NCBI GenBank assembly: GCA_964425805.1
Contig: CAYRNS010000001.1
Location: forward strand, 1-63,145
Reading direction: 5' to 3'
Length of the DNA stretch: 63,145 nucleotides
Source: an uncultured Candidatus Saccharibacteria bacterium
GTDB taxonomy: Bacteria; Patescibacteriota; Saccharimonadia; Saccharimonadales; Saccharimonadaceae
In this document: one piece after another, positions 39,112-49,367 of the stretch
Layout of the letters: each line of letters starts with the position of its first letter
How positions within the stretch are numbered: the first letter of the stretch is position 1
Position numbers and translations under genes: made by a program
The notes under the pieces: generated by a model
What the model was told of the DNA's origin: nothing
What the model saw: the letters and a program-made list of their open reading frames with translations, nothing else
The model's database searches: none

Positions 39112-39447
39112 CTAGAGCGCTATCTTGACTTCGGTTCCGAACCCCACTCGGGACCGAATTTTTACGTTCTCAAACCCCTCGCTCATCTCTTTCACTTTCG
39201 CCGGCGCTAACGCCACACCATCATCCCGCACTGCCACGCAATCTTTCGCCACCACTAGCGAAACCTCCCTCTCGGCACGCTCAACAGCTTCGGCAAGAAA
39301 CACGTCTAGCGGCTTCCTGACTAGCGACGGTCGCTCAATTCTCCGCGTTACGTCTGGAAAATCAAGGTTAAACCTCACGCCCCGCTTCTCCGCCTTTAAG
39401 AAATATTTTTGATAAACTTCCTCAATAATGGTTGATAATCTATACAT
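39112..39447 (-). CDS. Stand-alone HATPase_c-like small protein
   Basis: VRDDG.A, SRVGFGTEV. Confidence 0.55.
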   Translation of the reverse strand: MYRLSTIIEEVYQKYFLKAEKRGVRFNLDFPDVTRRIERPSLVRKPLDVFLAEAVERAEREVSLVVAKDCVAVRDDGVALAPAKVKEMSEGFENVKIRSRVGFGTEVKIAL

Positions 39448-39468
39448 AAGCCCATTATACCATAAACC

Positions 39469-40017
39469 TCACACCCCCGGCGAAAACTGCTTCAATCTCC
39501 GCCGATGGTCTTTATAATACGGGTCATGCTCTCCGACCTCTGCCCAAAACGCTGCGCTGTGATCCATATGATGCAAATGTGCCAATTCATGCAAAATCAC
39601 ATAGTCCCGCAGCTTCTCCGGCACGTTCATTAGCCCGATATTTAAGCTAATCGTTCGCGTCGAAGAACACGACCCCCACCTCGTGTTCGCATGCGTCAGC
39701 CGACACCGCGCATAACTATACCCATACCGCTTCGCCCAATATTCCAGCCGATACGGCAAATATTCCCGCGCCTGCCGCATTAAAATCTTCTTCTTCGCAT
39801 CCCGCGCTCTTTGCGTCGCTGGGTCGTTCAGCGGCAGTTTCTCCCGAATAATCTCGCGATTCCGATTCAAAAACCGCCTCACGAGAAAATCCGAAGTATA
39901 CTTTGGCACTGACATGGAAAGTCTCCCGCTCGTCGACACAGAAAACTTCACCCCTGTCGACAGCGGATTCTTCCGCACAATCACTTCTCCGAACTCATCA
40001 TCCTTGATTATCATCAA
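39469..40017 (-). CDS. YgjP/DUF45 (M48-like) zinc metallohydrolase
   Basis: RWGSCS, YVILHELAHL, DHSAAFW. Confidence 0.88.
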   Translation of the reverse strand: MMIIKDDEFGEVIVRKNPLSTGVKFSVSTSGRLSMSVPKYTSDFLVRRFLNRNREIIREKLPLNDPATQRARDAKKKILMRQAREYLPYRLEYWAKRYGYSYARCRLTHANTRWGSCSSTRTISLNIGLMNVPEKLRDYVILHELAHLHHMDHSAAFWAEVGEHDPYYKDHRRRLKQFSPGV

Positions 40018-40081
40018 ATCCTTCCTACAAATAATGCCGGTTGCCCGACATTATTTGCGTAACTTGAACTTCAACTGTTAT

Positions 40082-40564
40082 CTAGGCTAATTGTGTAAGC
40101 ACATGCCGCAGTTGGGTCTCAAAAGTGTGCTTACCAGAAAGGACAATCGGCGCTTCGACTTCACTCGGAGCCTCCATCCGCCCAATCCTTGTTTCGTATT
40201 CCTGCTTCGCCTTAGTCGCGCTTCGGTTTTTAATTCGAAGCCTCTGGCGAATCGTATTCACATCCGTTTGAATCCAAACTAGCGACGGATTATATCCCGC
40301 GCGCCGGAGAATATTGCGAACCTCCGTTCGCTCGCGCTCGGTATCTAAAATCCCCTCAATCACAAGTGTCACGTTAGTCTTCGCTAACTGCTCGAGGAGG
40401 AACAAAACGGTCTTTCGATCTAGCTTGTTATCTCTTTCCAACTCCCCGAGATCGAAAAACGCGGCGTGGAACTTTTTTGCAAACCGCTCAGAGAACGTCG
40501 TCTTGCCGCTTCCGGGTGCTCCGAAAACCAATATCGCTCTGGGCTGTGTTTTATTACCTTCCAT
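40082..40564 (-). CDS. P-loop nucleotide kinase / AAA-family ATPase
   Basis: GAPGSGKTT. Confidence 0.8.
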   Translation of the reverse strand: MEGNKTQPRAILVFGAPGSGKTTFSERFAKKFHAAFFDLGELERDNKLDRKTVLFLLEQLAKTNVTLVIEGILDTERERTEVRNILRRAGYNPSLVWIQTDVNTIRQRLRIKNRSATKAKQEYETRIGRMEAPSEVEAPIVLSGKHTFETQLRHVLTQLA

Positions 40565-40665
40565 ATTGCCTCTATTTTACCACATTTTCCAAAAATACAA
40601 TACCTTTTCGCAAGCTTTTTCCGCATTTTTTGCGGAAATCGCTCCCGCGCTCTAATAACATCATT

Positions 40666-42396
40666 TTAGAACAAATAGTTCAAATAATCTCTCAGCATCC
40701 TCGCCCCTGATACCACTGGTAAGAACGCCGTCAGCTGCTTCTTCTGCCAAAACTCCAGGTCAAAATCATTTTCCCACGCCGCCGCGGCTTCTTCCATCCG
40801 TTCATAGAGCTGCTTCACTTCCGCTTCCTCAGAATCGCCAGAAACGTTCAGATAAGCATCCGACGGTCCGTCTGCCACTCCGCCATCATGCGTAGAAATT
40901 AGTAAACAAAGATTCCCGATGTCCTTTTCCCAGCTCGTTCCGCAAGCTTCCAGCCCCACAATCGGCACGTTAATCGACACATTCGACCCCACCGACAGCG
41001 CTCTCGCCAGCTCTTCGTCATAATCCGCAATATAATGCACGTGTGTATTTAAAAATTCATCAGACTTAATCTTCTCCAGTACCTCGTTCAGCCGCGCCAT
41101 CATCCTGTCGTCTCCCTGATGCACACGCCCAGTTAGAATATAATGCGCCTTATGATTCTCCAGAATCCGCCTCAATTTCTTCGTATCCGTAAACGGCAAC
41201 CATGGTCGCTTATAATCCACAAACCGCCGTTTAAAGTCAAATACCAGCTCATCATCCGTAAAGTTCAAAATCGTCCCATTCTGGTCCGGTCTGCGTGCCA
41301 AAACTCGGTTCATAAACGCCCGCCCCTGCGCCTTTAAAGCACGCACCTGTGCCGCGTCGATTTTATCGACCGCCGCCTCAAAATCTGCCGTCGGCAACGT
41401 AAACTTGTCCAAAATCCCATTTTCCTTATAATATTTCACTGTCGCCGGTAACACCCAATAGGGAATATCAATCCCGTTCGTCACTGCCTTAAATTTCACT
41501 TTCTCACCGGACAAATCATGATAATTCGCCACTCTCGCGTGCAACTTCGACACCCCACTTCTCAGTTCAGCAATCTCAATCGTCACGCTCGACAGTCGAA
41601 TCCGCCCGTTCTCAAACTTGTCCGACAACCACTTCTTCACGGCTTTCGACTTCAAATTCGTAAATACATACCGTTCAAACTGATCGTACGAGAACGACGC
41701 CTCCGCCGCCTGCACCAAAGTATGGTTCGTATACAAAGTATGTTTTCGCGTATACACCACCGCCTCATAAAAGTCCATCCCGTTGCTTGCCAGTTCGTCC
41801 AACCGCGCCAACGCCGCAAAGAACGTCGCCACTTCGTTAAGCTGCATAATCGCCGGCTTCAACCCCGCCAACTTCAGCGCCTGATATCCGCCAAAGCCGA
41901 GTGCCACCTCTTGATACAATCGATGGTCGCCACAAGAATCACCGGAATACAATTCGCCAAAATTTGACTCCGTAATCGCCAGAATCCGCGTCGAGCCAAA
42001 CTCTTTCTCGATCACTTCTAGCTTCACTAAATCTTTATTGCACCGAATGTTCACGGTATCGAGTAGTTCAAACCCAAAATCCTTATAATCCACCGGCTTA
42101 GAAACGTCAAAACTCCTGCCGTCCTCAAACTTCTGATGTAACTCGCTCGGGTAGAACGGCGTCACAAGCGTCAGCGGCACGTTCATCTGCTCCGCCACGC
42201 GTCGCGTATCTGCCGCAAGAATCCCTAGACCGCCGCCACCGCGAATCCCGTTCGCTTGGTCATACAGCTCAATCGTCCAATAAGTATACGGTCGGTCTTC
42301 CGACAGCGCTTTCGTCAGATGTTCGCGCTGAATCGCAGCGTAAAACTCCTCAACATCTTCAATTGTTTCTAACCTATGCCTTGTCTTTAAAATCAT
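40666..42396 (-). CDS. glgP: Alpha-glucan phosphorylase (GT35, short form)
   Basis: GGGGLGILAAD, RLYQE, TNHT, VTNGI, RRFVDYKRP, EACGTSWEK. Confidence 0.85.
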   Translation of the reverse strand: MILKTRHRLETIEDVEEFYAAIQREHLTKALSEDRPYTYWTIELYDQANGIRGGGGLGILAADTRRVAEQMNVPLTLVTPFYPSELHQKFEDGRSFDVSKPVDYKDFGFELLDTVNIRCNKDLVKLEVIEKEFGSTRILAITESNFGELYSGDSCGDHRLYQEVALGFGGYQALKLAGLKPAIMQLNEVATFFAALARLDELASNGMDFYEAVVYTRKHTLYTNHTLVQAAEASFSYDQFERYVFTNLKSKAVKKWLSDKFENGRIRLSSVTIEIAELRSGVSKLHARVANYHDLSGEKVKFKAVTNGIDIPYWVLPATVKYYKENGILDKFTLPTADFEAAVDKIDAAQVRALKAQGRAFMNRVLARRPDQNGTILNFTDDELVFDFKRRFVDYKRPWLPFTDTKKLRRILENHKAHYILTGRVHQGDDRMMARLNEVLEKIKSDEFLNTHVHYIADYDEELARALSVGSNVSINVPIVGLEACGTSWEKDIGNLCLLISTHDGGVADGPSDAYLNVSGDSEEAEVKQLYERMEEAAAAWENDFDLEFWQKKQLTAFLPVVSGARMLRDYLNYLF

Positions 42397-42458
42397 ACCC
42401 CCATTTTATCATAAGCGCTTTTAAAAAACAATCGAATGTGCTATAATCAAACAGCTAC

Positions 42459-42533
42459 TGGGGATTCGCCAAGTGGTAAGGCAGTGGGTTCTGGTCCCAC
42501 CATTCGGGGGTTCGAATCCCTCATCCCCAGCCA
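42459..42533 (+). tRNA. tRNA-Gln (CTG)
   Basis: GTGGG-TTCTGGT-CCCAC, CCA; TGCTATAAT upstream. Confidence 0.95.
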
Positions 42534-44116
42534 TTAAGGAATTTATCATCATTGACCAGAAAATTGAAGGGCTCTCTACAGAGGTGGAAGAGCCTTTTTT
42601 GTGCCCCAATTTCTAGGTTCGTAAAAATTCTACGAGCCAAAATGTCTTTTTCGAGCGATGAGCCAGCTCTCATCTTATCGGCGCCATTTATAATCAGGTT
42701 CGTAAAGTTTTCTTGGCTCATTCTTAGTTGGTCTGGGTCAAAAATCCTAGCCTCAACTTTTTGGAGCTCTTCATTTAAGTCGATTATTTTAGTCTGGGTC
42801 TCTTCGAGTTGTCCATTTATTTGGTCTAGTACGATTTTAGGAGTATCTGGGTTCTCCAAAAGCTTCCCATAACGCTCTGAGAGCTCCTGTAAGGCTCTTT
42901 CGAGCTTAGACTTGGTTGCAATAAGGCTGTGGCGTTCAAATTGCAAATCCTCAAGCTTTTTGCTGATATATTTTTCAACTCTGCGTGAATAGCTTTTATA
43001 GTCCGGCTCGGAAGCTTTAAGTGTTTCGAGAACGCTACACATGTAATCTATGACTATCTTGCCACGAACTTGACCTTGCGGATGAGAACATTCTTGATTA
43101 CGGCAACAATAGTATAGATAATAATCGCCATGGCGACCCTTACTACGACTTGCATACAAGAAACGACCACACTCTTTGCATCTGATAAACTTTCGGAACG
43201 GAATGAAGACCTGCTCTTTATCAGTCTCCCCATCTCTCAATAAAGGATGAGTTCTGCGAGCCTTAAACTTCGTATCTTCTTGTACGGATAGGTATTCGGC
43301 TTCGGAAATCATTGGTTTAAAGTTTGGCGTAACCTCTCTTAAATCAACTTTAGTTCCAGCTTGGATAAGGATACCGTAATAGAATGGGTCTTTGAGGATG
43401 CGGCTAATAGTTCCTTTGTCCATTCCGACACGCTTGGAGACTTTGTTTCTCTCGTTGATTTTAGTCATCATATGAACATCGTGGAGCTTTACATAGGCAA
43501 GCGCATCTCTCTGCGTCCCACCTTCGATGACAATATCCCATACCTTGCGAATATGATTAAAGTTCTCGTCTGGTTCATATAGACCAGTTACATCATTTCT
43601 TTGGTAACCCCATTTGCGGACGCCGGAAGATTTACCTTGTTGGAGGTTAGAATCCATGCCACGCTTAACATTCTCACTAAGATGCTCTGAATATTCCTTT
43701 GACATAGTAAAGAGGATACCGAGCAACATCTTGCCACTTGCCGTATTCTCGAAATTCATAGTCGGGAATTTGAGGTCTTTAATCACATCATTATCGACCA
43801 TATCAACAATCATGCCGGATTCAAGTGAGTTGCGAGAAAGTCTATCTGGATGCCAAGCGATAATGCCATCATATTTCTTTTTCTCGAAATCCTTGAGCAT
43901 CTTTGTGAACAAGGGGCGATTCTTAGATTTCTTTGCCGAAGCAGACTCCTTGATAACATCTATAACAATAAGACCTTTAGACCTTGCATAATTCATGCAG
44001 TCTTCTATTTGGTCGGGAATAGATTTGACCTGAGCTCGGCTGTCTTCTGAGGACTTTCGAGCGTATAGAACATATCTTAGGGCAGGGGGTTCGTTGTTTA
44101 CTCTGATTTCAGCCAC
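42521..44116 (-). CDS. Large serine recombinase
   Basis: YARKSSE, ESAS, RP.F, WHPDRLSRN, CKEC...YYCC zinc ribbon, coiled coil. Confidence 0.93.
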   Translation of the reverse strand: MAEIRVNNEPPALRYVLYARKSSEDSRAQVKSIPDQIEDCMNYARSKGLIVIDVIKESASAKKSKNRPLFTKMLKDFEKKKYDGIIAWHPDRLSRNSLESGMIVDMVDNDVIKDLKFPTMNFENTASGKMLLGILFTMSKEYSEHLSENVKRGMDSNLQQGKSSGVRKWGYQRNDVTGLYEPDENFNHIRKVWDIVIEGGTQRDALAYVKLHDVHMMTKINERNKVSKRVGMDKGTISRILKDPFYYGILIQAGTKVDLREVTPNFKPMISEAEYLSVQEDTKFKARRTHPLLRDGETDKEQVFIPFRKFIRCKECGRFLYASRSKGRHGDYYLYYCCRNQECSHPQGQVRGKIVIDYMCSVLETLKASEPDYKSYSRRVEKYISKKLEDLQFERHSLIATKSKLERALQELSERYGKLLENPDTPKIVLDQINGQLEETQTKIIDLNEELQKVEARIFDPDQLRMSQENFTNLIINGADKMRAGSSLEKDILARRIFTNLEIGAQKRLFHLCREPFNFLVNDDKFLNGWG

Positions 44117-44710
44117 ACCAACTATCCTTATTAATTAGATATATTATAACATAATTTCAAGGATTTGCGCATAGCCGTAAAGAGAAAAGCGACTGGATAA
44201 TCCAATCGCTTTCATATCTAGTAGTAGAATAAAACTCTTCCAGATTTGCCTACTTCGCAAACCGAATTCTGTTTAATTCTTTCTGGAGTTACTATGATGC
44301 TGTCTAGTATCGATAATGTCTCCATAAGGTTCTTAATGCCATCTTCGCTACAATCGTCCATGGCAGACTCCTGCGCTAGTGTCGGGGTTAGAATAGCGCT
44401 ATTTCTAACCCAGTCTGCGAAGCCCACTCATTCGCTTGTTATAGCCAACAAAAAAGCCCGAAATACATTTCTGTATTCGAGCACTATTGACTACTTATAT
44501 TTTACCATAAGCAGCCACCTTTTGTCCGCCTTTTTAGCGATTTTAGCCGAGTTTCGTCCGACTTTAACGGCTGATTTTATCCACATTTCGTCCACATTTC
44601 ATGGAGACAAATATTGCAATATACGGCAGTATTTTTGACCGACTTTCTTCCGACTTTTACAGGGGTAGAATGTTGTAATATTTACAGCGTTTTTAATCGG
44701 ATAGATTCCT

Positions 44711-45667
44711 TCAATTCCATGGACAATTAATCGTAATGATAGAAGTTGGCATACCTGCTAGTTGAATATCGAATTTTAGGCTACTTTCTACTTTCGTGGA
44801 TGCATTATGGATACGAAATGTAAAATACCATCCTTTATCGAACGATAATTCAACCGTATTATCGCTGTCTGGTATCATTCCGATATGAATCATTCTGGTA
44901 GGTAAATCAGTTGTCGGGATTACGATACTTGGAGTTCGAGAAGGGCTTGATTGATTGAGAGTTCCGTGCGCATTGTAGGTCTGAATTTCGGTATTTCTGC
45001 GAGCATCTTGGGCGACTACCTTATAAAAGTCATACTTGCCGAGCAGATATTCGACCATCTTCGTAGGCATATCTTCATCATTCCCGTAAGCTCGTTTTAT
45101 TTCTTTGATAAATTCATTGAGGAGTGGCTTATAGACTCGCTCAATCTTATCATTACCCATATCACTCCAATTCATACCTGAATTTTTACAGGAGTCGACG
45201 TAATCAAAAATAGGAGTGATTCCCGACCAATATTCATCAGAGCAATCTATGTCATACCATGATTTTCCGAAATCAAGATTACGAGATAGCCTACTATGTT
45301 TTACGGCAAAGTGATTGTGTTTAAGACTAAAACCTATCTCCCAATTTATATCCCCTCTTATCGCCAGGACATCTCTAACATCGCCTTCGATGCCAGCTGA
45401 ATCTGGTTGTAGTTTCAAAATTAGAGTATCAGAGCCGCCCTCTGTCATGAGTACTTCTGCGTTAAAAAGAGTATCGCAAGAGGCTTTAGCGGCTTCTTTG
45501 AGATTAGACTGGATTGTAGGACTAATTGAATTCCAGGCATTTTCTGCGGCAATGAGGCTACTATTTTGTTCTATTTCTACGCTGCGAAATTTTGAAATCT
45601 CATCATGGAGAATGTTAGTAAAAATAAATTCAAAAGCTCTACCTTGGTCATTGCTTGTAGCTGGCAT
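44711..45667 (-). CDS. Type II restriction endonuclease, HaeIII family
   Basis: SNDQGRAFE, GDVRDV, SLKHNHFAVKHSRLS, FRIHNAS..VE.SLKFDIQ. Confidence 0.85.
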   Translation of the reverse strand: MPATSNDQGRAFEFIFTNILHDEISKFRSVEIEQNSSLIAAENAWNSISPTIQSNLKEAAKASCDTLFNAEVLMTEGGSDTLILKLQPDSAGIEGDVRDVLAIRGDINWEIGFSLKHNHFAVKHSRLSRNLDFGKSWYDIDCSDEYWSGITPIFDYVDSCKNSGMNWSDMGNDKIERVYKPLLNEFIKEIKRAYGNDEDMPTKMVEYLLGKYDFYKVVAQDARRNTEIQTYNAHGTLNQSSPSRTPSIVIPTTDLPTRMIHIGMIPDSDNTVELSFDKGWYFTFRIHNASTKVESSLKFDIQLAGMPTSIITINCPWN

Positions 45668-46666
45668 TCAATCCTCCAATATCTTCATTAATTGTTTTCC
45701 TAAAGCTTTGGCTAGATTAACCGGTACAGCATTGCCAATCATCTTATAGCCATCCGCTATGTCTGTATAAAGAAATTCATAGCTATCTGGAAATGTTTGA
45801 ATTCTTGCACATTCACGAACACTAAGTCGGCGATATTCATCCTCGTGTCCAGGAACAAAGCGCTGTTTGTCTGTTCCGACTTTTTCCATTTTTGGTGCTT
45901 TAGGATGAATAGGCGCCTGTCTTCCGCCAGCTTGTATGGTGAATGATGGTTCATCCCAAGAACGCACACGGTTTCTGGACATATAAATTGACGAGAAGGA
46001 GCCAATCATATATTCATGATTCGTAATATTGAGTTTTCCATTCGTTTTGTTCTTTTCAAGCGCAGGAACGGCTTCCGGCAAATCGCCAATAGCATCACGA
46101 AGAGTTGGTTTTTTCTTATGTGGCTCTGGAAATTCGTAGGTTTTGCCTAGGTCTTTGCGCAAGCCGATTATGATAACACGCTCACGGTCCTCCGGAACAT
46201 CATAATCATTCGCATTAACTAGCTTCCAAGAAATGTTGTATCCGCATTCTTCGAATTGCTTAAGGAAGTTTTCGAAAGACGCTCTATGGCGAATACTGAT
46301 AAGACCAGAAACATTCTCGACTAAAAAGAATTTAGGCTGTTTTGTTTTAAGAATACGAATGTAATCAAAGAATAGTTGACCACGCTTATCATTAATGCCC
46401 CTACCGGCACCGGCTTCACTCCAGCTTTGGCATGGAGGACCGCCAATAATACCATCGCAATCTGGAATTTCATCTACGGACACATCGGTAATACTTCGAT
46501 GGTCGAGCGTTACTTTAGGAAAATTGTGCTCAAAAGTTGCCCATATTTTTTTATCGAACTCATTAGCCCAGATGATGTCGAATCCAGCTTTTTCGAAGCC
46601 TAAGTCTAGACCGCCGGCGCCAGAGAACAATGATACTACTCTATACTTAGACATAGTTTCCTCCAC
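45668..46666 (-). CDS. C5 DNA cytosine methyltransferase, M.HaeIII-like (GGCC predicted)
   Basis: LFSGAGG, GGPPCQSWS, ENV, RERV, SRNRVR.W.EP.FT.QA, YKMIGNAV. Confidence 0.92.
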   Translation of the reverse strand: MEETMSKYRVVSLFSGAGGLDLGFEKAGFDIIWANEFDKKIWATFEHNFPKVTLDHRSITDVSVDEIPDCDGIIGGPPCQSWSEAGAGRGINDKRGQLFFDYIRILKTKQPKFFLVENVSGLISIRHRASFENFLKQFEECGYNISWKLVNANDYDVPEDRERVIIIGLRKDLGKTYEFPEPHKKKPTLRDAIGDLPEAVPALEKNKTNGKLNITNHEYMIGSFSSIYMSRNRVRSWDEPSFTIQAGGRQAPIHPKAPKMEKVGTDKQRFVPGHEDEYRRLSVRECARIQTFPDSYEFLYTDIADGYKMIGNAVPVNLAKALGKQLMKILED

Positions 46667-46731
46667 TTAATTTACTACCTATATTATACCACAAAAAGCA
46701 AGATTTTAAGTGGTGGAGGTATAATATTTTT

Positions 46732-47451
46732 ATGGACACGATTAGATTCGAAATGGAAGGAAAAAGGCATCTCGTTGCATTCAAGAAAACAGAAGAGCTT
46801 GATATTTCCGAAGATGAGCTATTGGCGTTATGGTCATTTAATAATCATGTCGATAGGCTCGTTGAATTCGTGAAGCCGTTTTATAAAGAAATGAGCATTT
46901 CGTACACGATGCCAACAAACAAGAAGACTGCAAAAGACAAGAATGTTCCTACCGAACTTAGACTATCGGCTGCTATTAATGAGTTGAGACCATTCATGCT
47001 CAACAAGGATTCAATATGCTTTTACGGAATAAGGAACATTATTTGTAGGCAATTCCAAGGAAATCCTGATTTTAAAGAATGCATGAAGTGGTATAAAAAG
47101 TTCTGGGATAGCTACGATATTAATAGTAAGCACGATAACGCAGCCAAAATGAATACTAGATATGATATAGATAAAGTATCCATTACGACCTATCCAGAGC
47201 TTCTTAAATTATTTGTGTACGGGAAATATATCCACAATAACGATAACCCCAAGAGTTCCGCTATCGTATATCGCATCGAAAGTAGCTACTATTATCCAAG
47301 TATTAAGGCTGAACTCGGAATATGCGTAGCCGATATTTGTAACATTCTTCGAATCTTTAATAGAGATTTTGTTAAGCCAATCCTAGAAGTCTATAAAGGT
47401 ACCATTAAAGACTTAAACTGGCAGTCAATTAATAAGAAAGAATCTATGTAG
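46732..47451 (+). CDS. Hypothetical island cargo protein
   Basis: 239-aa AT-rich ORF with TATAAT 6 nt upstream of ATG. Confidence 0.7.
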   Translation: MDTIRFEMEGKRHLVAFKKTEELDISEDELLALWSFNNHVDRLVEFVKPFYKEMSISYTMPTNKKTAKDKNVPTELRLSAAINELRPFMLNKDSICFYGIRNIICRQFQGNPDFKECMKWYKKFWDSYDINSKHDNAAKMNTRYDIDKVSITTYPELLKLFVYGKYIHNNDNPKSSAIVYRIESSYYYPSIKAELGICVADICNILRIFNRDFVKPILEVYKGTIKDLNWQSINKKESM

Positions 47452-47797
47452 AGAGTTTACGCACAGGATGGCTTGCTATGTGGGGAGCCGCCACCTGATG
47501 GAAAACTCTCTTTTTCTCGCTAGTGGTTCGTAGTATATTTCCTTGTGCTCCGAATCAATACTTATAATCTAGGATTAAGTTACCAGAACTCCTTATGTAA
47601 TCCTCGGGAGCAAATGTTTCGTGTGGGTTCTCGACAAGCCAATCGATAATCAAATAGATTGGTTCGTAATCGGTCGCTCTAGGACAGCCAAAATAAAAAT
47701 AGACCTTTAGGTCTAATTTTTATTTTGAACGAGCGAAGCGAGTTGGGAATCGAACCCCCAGGCGGGTTCGTTATCGAGGCGAAGCCTCGATCAGGCG

Positions 47798-47815
47798 ATC
47801 CCTCATCCCCAGCCA
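47798..47815 (+). repeat. att site (duplicated tRNA-Gln 3' end)
   Basis: Identical to 42516-42533. Confidence 0.9.
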
Positions 47816-47935
47816 AAGCCGACCGAACCAATCTTGAACCACGCGGTTCTTTTTTATTCTTCCAATTCTCAGCTTTTTGTGCTATACTATTGACAAGCTC
47901 GTTAGAGTTATTTTTTATAGGAAAGAAAGGAATCC

Positions 47936-48265
47936 ATGGCGAACATCACCCGCATCAAGGCGCATGACCCTGCGAAGCCTCGCGAAGACGATTCTTCCAG
48001 CAAAGCTCCGAAAAAGTCCCAGCCAAAGAAAGAGAAAAAACCAAAAACACCCGGCAAAAAACCCTTCATCCTCTTTCGCCCGTTCGCGGCGTTCGGACGT
48101 TACCTCCGTGATTCTTGGCGCGAACTTCGCCAAGTCCGCTGGCCAAATCGCAAAGTCACTTGGAAGATGGTTCTCGCGGTCTTTATCTACACCGCCCTGT
48201 TTATCGCCCTTCTGGTCTTGCTCGACATCTTGTTCGACTGGATTTTCAGCTTAATTCTAAAATAA
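47936..48265 (+). CDS. secE: Preprotein translocase subunit SecE
   Basis: ELRQVRWP, single TM, upstream of nusG. Confidence 0.92.
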   Translation: MANITRIKAHDPAKPREDDSSSKAPKKSQPKKEKKPKTPGKKPFILFRPFAAFGRYLRDSWRELRQVRWPNRKVTWKMVLAVFIYTALFIALLVLLDILFDWIFSLILK

Positions 48266-48284
48266 TTAAAGGAGAGAATAATAT

Positions 48285-48830
48285 ATGGCAGTAAACCGTT
48301 ATGACGACACCCGCGCCTGGTACGCAATCAGCACCTACGGCGGGTACGAAGACAAAGTCGCCGACTCTATTAAACAGCGCGCCAACTCCGTCGACTTCGC
48401 CGACAAGATTTTCGACGCCATCGTCCCGAAAGAAAAACAAATCGAAATCAAAAACGGTAAGCGCAAGGTCGTTGACCGCAAGATTTTCCAAGGCTACGTC
48501 CTCGTTGAAATGAAAATGTCCGACGAAACTTGGTACATCATCCGCAACACCCCGGGCGTTACTGGCTTCATCGGCACCGGCACTCAGCCGACTCCCGTCT
48601 CCGACAAGGAAATCACCAAAATCAAGAAGCGCATGGGCGTGGAAGACCCGAAATACTCCGTCAACTATGAAATCGGCGAAGTCGTCTCCGTCACCGACGG
48701 TCCGTTCAAGGGCTTCGAGGGCGCCATTTCGGAAATCGACCAAGTCAAAGGCAAGCTCAAGGTCATGGTCTCCATGTTCGGTCGCGAAACGCCGGTCGAA
48801 CTCGACGCTTTACAAGTTGCAAAAATTTAG
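48285..48830 (+). CDS. nusG: Transcription factor NusG
   Basis: WY.I, GYVLVEM, TPGVTGF, KOW GPFKGFEG, FGRETPVEL. Confidence 0.97.
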   Translation: MAVNRYDDTRAWYAISTYGGYEDKVADSIKQRANSVDFADKIFDAIVPKEKQIEIKNGKRKVVDRKIFQGYVLVEMKMSDETWYIIRNTPGVTGFIGTGTQPTPVSDKEITKIKKRMGVEDPKYSVNYEIGEVVSVTDGPFKGFEGAISEIDQVKGKLKVMVSMFGRETPVELDALQVAKI

Positions 48831-48890
48831 GTATAATATACACCGTTACGCATTCTATAGAATAAACTTTAACCTAGGAAATTTTCTACT

Positions 48891-49319
48891 ATGGCACAAA
48901 AACAAGTCATTGGTAATTTGAAACTTCGCATCCCTGGTGGTAAGGCTACCGCTGGACCTCCAGTCGGCTCTACCCTCGGTCAATGGGGTCTTAACATGAT
49001 GGACTTCATCAACCCTTTCAACGAAGCCACTAAAGAATTCATGGGCAAAAACGTCATCGTTCACATCAAGGTCTATGAAGACCGCACGTTTGACTGGGTT
49101 TGCCTCGGTCAACCAGTTGACGACCTCATCCGCGAGGCTATCAAGCTAGAAAAAGGTTCTGGCCGTCCGAACACCGAAAAGGTCGGCAAAATCACCCGTG
49201 CTCAGCTCGAAGAAATCGCTAACAAAAAGATGAAACAAATGAACGCGATTGACCTCGACGGCGCCGTGAAAGTTGTCGCTGGCACCGCCCGCTCCATGGG
49301 TGTTGAAGTCGTTGACTAA
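48891..49319 (+). CDS. rplK: 50S ribosomal protein L11
   Basis: GKATAGPPVG..LGQ, GTARSMG. Confidence 0.97.
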   Translation: MAQKQVIGNLKLRIPGGKATAGPPVGSTLGQWGLNMMDFINPFNEATKEFMGKNVIVHIKVYEDRTFDWVCLGQPVDDLIREAIKLEKGSGRPNTEKVGKITRAQLEEIANKKMKQMNAIDLDGAVKVVAGTARSMGVEVVD

Positions 49320-49335
49320 CGAAACCTCAATCATG

Positions 49336-49367
49336 GAAAATCCCCGTCGCATCGACGGGGATTTTTG
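49336..49367. terminator. Bidirectional terminator
   Basis: AAAATCCCCGTCG-CAT-CGACGGGGATTTT. Confidence 0.85.

Larger units (their letters stand above)
42516..47815. mobile_element. Integrative element in tRNA-Gln 3' end carrying an R-M system
   Basis: 18-bp direct repeat ATCCCTCATCCCCAGCCA at 42516-42533 and 47798-47815; serine recombinase; visibly AT-richer and lacking the host C-skew. Confidence 0.9.

Noticed and set aside
44218-44638. Small ORFs in the island intergenic region
   Set aside because: No recognisable motifs; the upstream extension of the minus ORF has two in-frame stops; cannot support a gene
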